A stretch of 64,000 nt of DNA, from NCBI GenBank assembly GCA_965116885.1, contig OZ220741.1, positions 1,696,001-1,760,000 of the forward strand. Direction: 5' to 3'. Position 1 is the first letter of the stretch, and each line of letters begins with the position of its first letter. Below, piece after piece: positions 62,571 to 64,000 of the stretch. Under the pieces are notes generated by a model, which saw only the letters and a program-made list of their open reading frames with translations, did no database searches and was not told the DNA's origin. The stretch is from Candidatus Latescibacterota bacterium (lineage in GTDB: Bacteria > Latescibacterota > UBA2968). Position numbers and translations under genes: made by a program.

Positions 62571-63020
62571 GTCATTTTGGCATGTAAACCGCGATTCAGT
62601 GTTTGCGAACTGTGGATGGGAAAACTTGATATCCCATTCACAGTTTTTTTATAAAAATGCACCAATTCTGAAAAAAATGAAAAAATCTAACATATGAATA
62701 ATGATTCTAATATATGAGCAATCTTTTCCAATTGCAGTCATAGACGCAATGGTGTTATTATACAAAAGCCGCTGACAAGACCAGGACAAGTCAACTGTCA
62801 GCGGCGGCAAATATCTCAAGCTGATAACTTGAGAAGGATAAATAAAGGTAGCGACCTGAAGCGCGATTGTCAATGTGAATATAATGTTCAATGCAAAAAG
62901 AGAAAAGTGAACAATGTGTTCACTTCTCAATTCGATGTTCAGCCTGACTTTTACTCGATAATAATCTCTATACGAAATAAAAATAATGACTTACAAATAT
63001 TATTATTTTAAAAGTCCACA

Positions 63021-63038
63021 TTGGCATACATGTTGCAT
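63021..63038 (+). promoter_or_regulatory. Candidate sigma54 (-24/-12) promoter
   Basis: TTGGCATACATGTTGCAT = GG-N10-GC, ~100 nt upstream of the regulator ATG. Confidence 0.55.
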
Positions 63039-63138
63039 GTATCTGTTTAAGCAGTAAAAAATCTGTATTGAATCGTATGGAGATTCACGCTCTGAGCCTC
63101 AAATATTTAGACAGCGTTTTATCGCACAGGAGAAAAAT

Positions 63139-63945
63139 ATGAACAAACAGAAAATACTGATTATAGATCACGACCCCGGCATTCTATCGACCCTTGTCGG
63201 ATTTCTGAGCGATGAACCTTATGACGTATGCACAGCGAGCAATGGGAAAGAAGGGCTTGAAATTTTGAGACGAGAGAAGATCGATCTCGCCATCGCTGAA
63301 ATGTATATGGGAGGTCTTGATGGGGTCGCGCTTTTGAAGCGCGTTGCAATTGAGAAAATTCAGACAAACGTCCTGATCATGGAAAGTGTTGTGCCCATGG
63401 AAATAGCCGAAAAAATACTCAAGGCTGGTACTGCAGGCGTACTGGACAAACCGACCAATAAGGACAAATTTTTGGCAAAGATCAAAAACAGCATCCCACT
63501 GAATGAAGGAGGATACAAGGTGTCGCGGGTCCGTGAAGCATCCCGTTCACAGCCCAGATCCTTTCAACAATTCTTAAACACCGGTCGAGAGAAGGTTTCA
63601 CCAGAGGCGTTGGAATCATTCTTGGAGGAGCGTTACAGAGATCCAGACCTGAAATTTGAAGACCTCACACGCCATTTTCGGATCACCCCACCGCACGGTC
63701 ATGTACTATTCAAAAAATTTTTTAACAAGACCTTCCGCGAAAAATTGCGAGAGGTCAGAATATCGCAAGCAGAGCATTTTTTATCGGGATCATCCCTGTT
63801 GATATATGAAATTGCACGCCTATGTGGGTTTCATTCATCAAGTCGTTTCTGTCACGCTTTCAAGAGGATACATGGCATTTCTGCTACCCAGTATCGAAAA
63901 AAATTTATGCGCGGAGAGATCGAGACGCTTTCGGAAGATGCCTGA
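63139..63945 (+). CDS. Response regulator-like protein: atypical receiver domain + AraC HTH
   Basis: KILIIDHD...DLAIAEMYMGGLDG...DKP; C-terminal IYEIARLCGF.SSSRF..AFKR..G.S..QYR. Confidence 0.88.
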   Translation: MNKQKILIIDHDPGILSTLVGFLSDEPYDVCTASNGKEGLEILRREKIDLAIAEMYMGGLDGVALLKRVAIEKIQTNVLIMESVVPMEIAEKILKAGTAGVLDKPTNKDKFLAKIKNSIPLNEGGYKVSRVREASRSQPRSFQQFLNTGREKVSPEALESFLEERYRDPDLKFEDLTRHFRITPPHGHVLFKKFFNKTFREKLREVRISQAEHFLSGSSLLIYEIARLCGFHSSSRFCHAFKRIHGISATQYRKKFMRGEIETLSEDA

Positions 63946-64000
63946 GTTGAATGTTCATTTGTCTGGTCGAAATTCACTTTTAACAGTGGGCTACATGAGT

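Noticed and set aside
62649..63011. Short ORFs in the AT-rich tract
   Set aside because: No RBS or homology cues; more consistent with regulatory DNA.

Overview
Gene-dense bacterial chromosomal window with no rRNA, tRNA, CRISPR array, integrase or transposase visible. The first 24 kb carry an S55 peptidase plus beta-propeller gene pair, rlmH, an enolase-superfamily enzyme, udk, a TorF-like porin and a ~16 kb sodium-bioenergetics cluster (10-gene mrp/mnh operon, nqrM-like, apbE, nqrABCDEF). The rest carries two TPR-GWxTD paralogues, catabolic enzymes and transporters, a two-part M16 peptidase, a PL8 chondroitinase-like lyase, rsmD, fused glyQS, pyrB with a pyrL-like attenuator, a YprB-like nuclease, monomeric IDH, YceI and an atypical REC-AraC regulator. 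The GWxTD and dockerin-like proteins and Na+ energetics suggest a marine Latescibacterota/Gemmatimonadota-like organism (inference only). Top findings, none represented in the ORF track: (1) a 92-codon DUF5069-like gene (48690-48968, minus) with an in-frame TGA at the family's Cys position, followed by a SECIS-like hairpin, i.e. a candidate selenoprotein; (2) tandem promoter-hairpin-terminator sRNA candidates at 33.27-33.65 kb whose loops are exactly complementary over 11 nt; (3) a ~270-nt minus-strand structured RNA at 4.0-4.3 kb with six UCCC motifs; (4) 11 GTAG-type REP palindromes, including a composite REPIN-like unit present twice. All family assignments come from motif recognition by eye; no database search was run.
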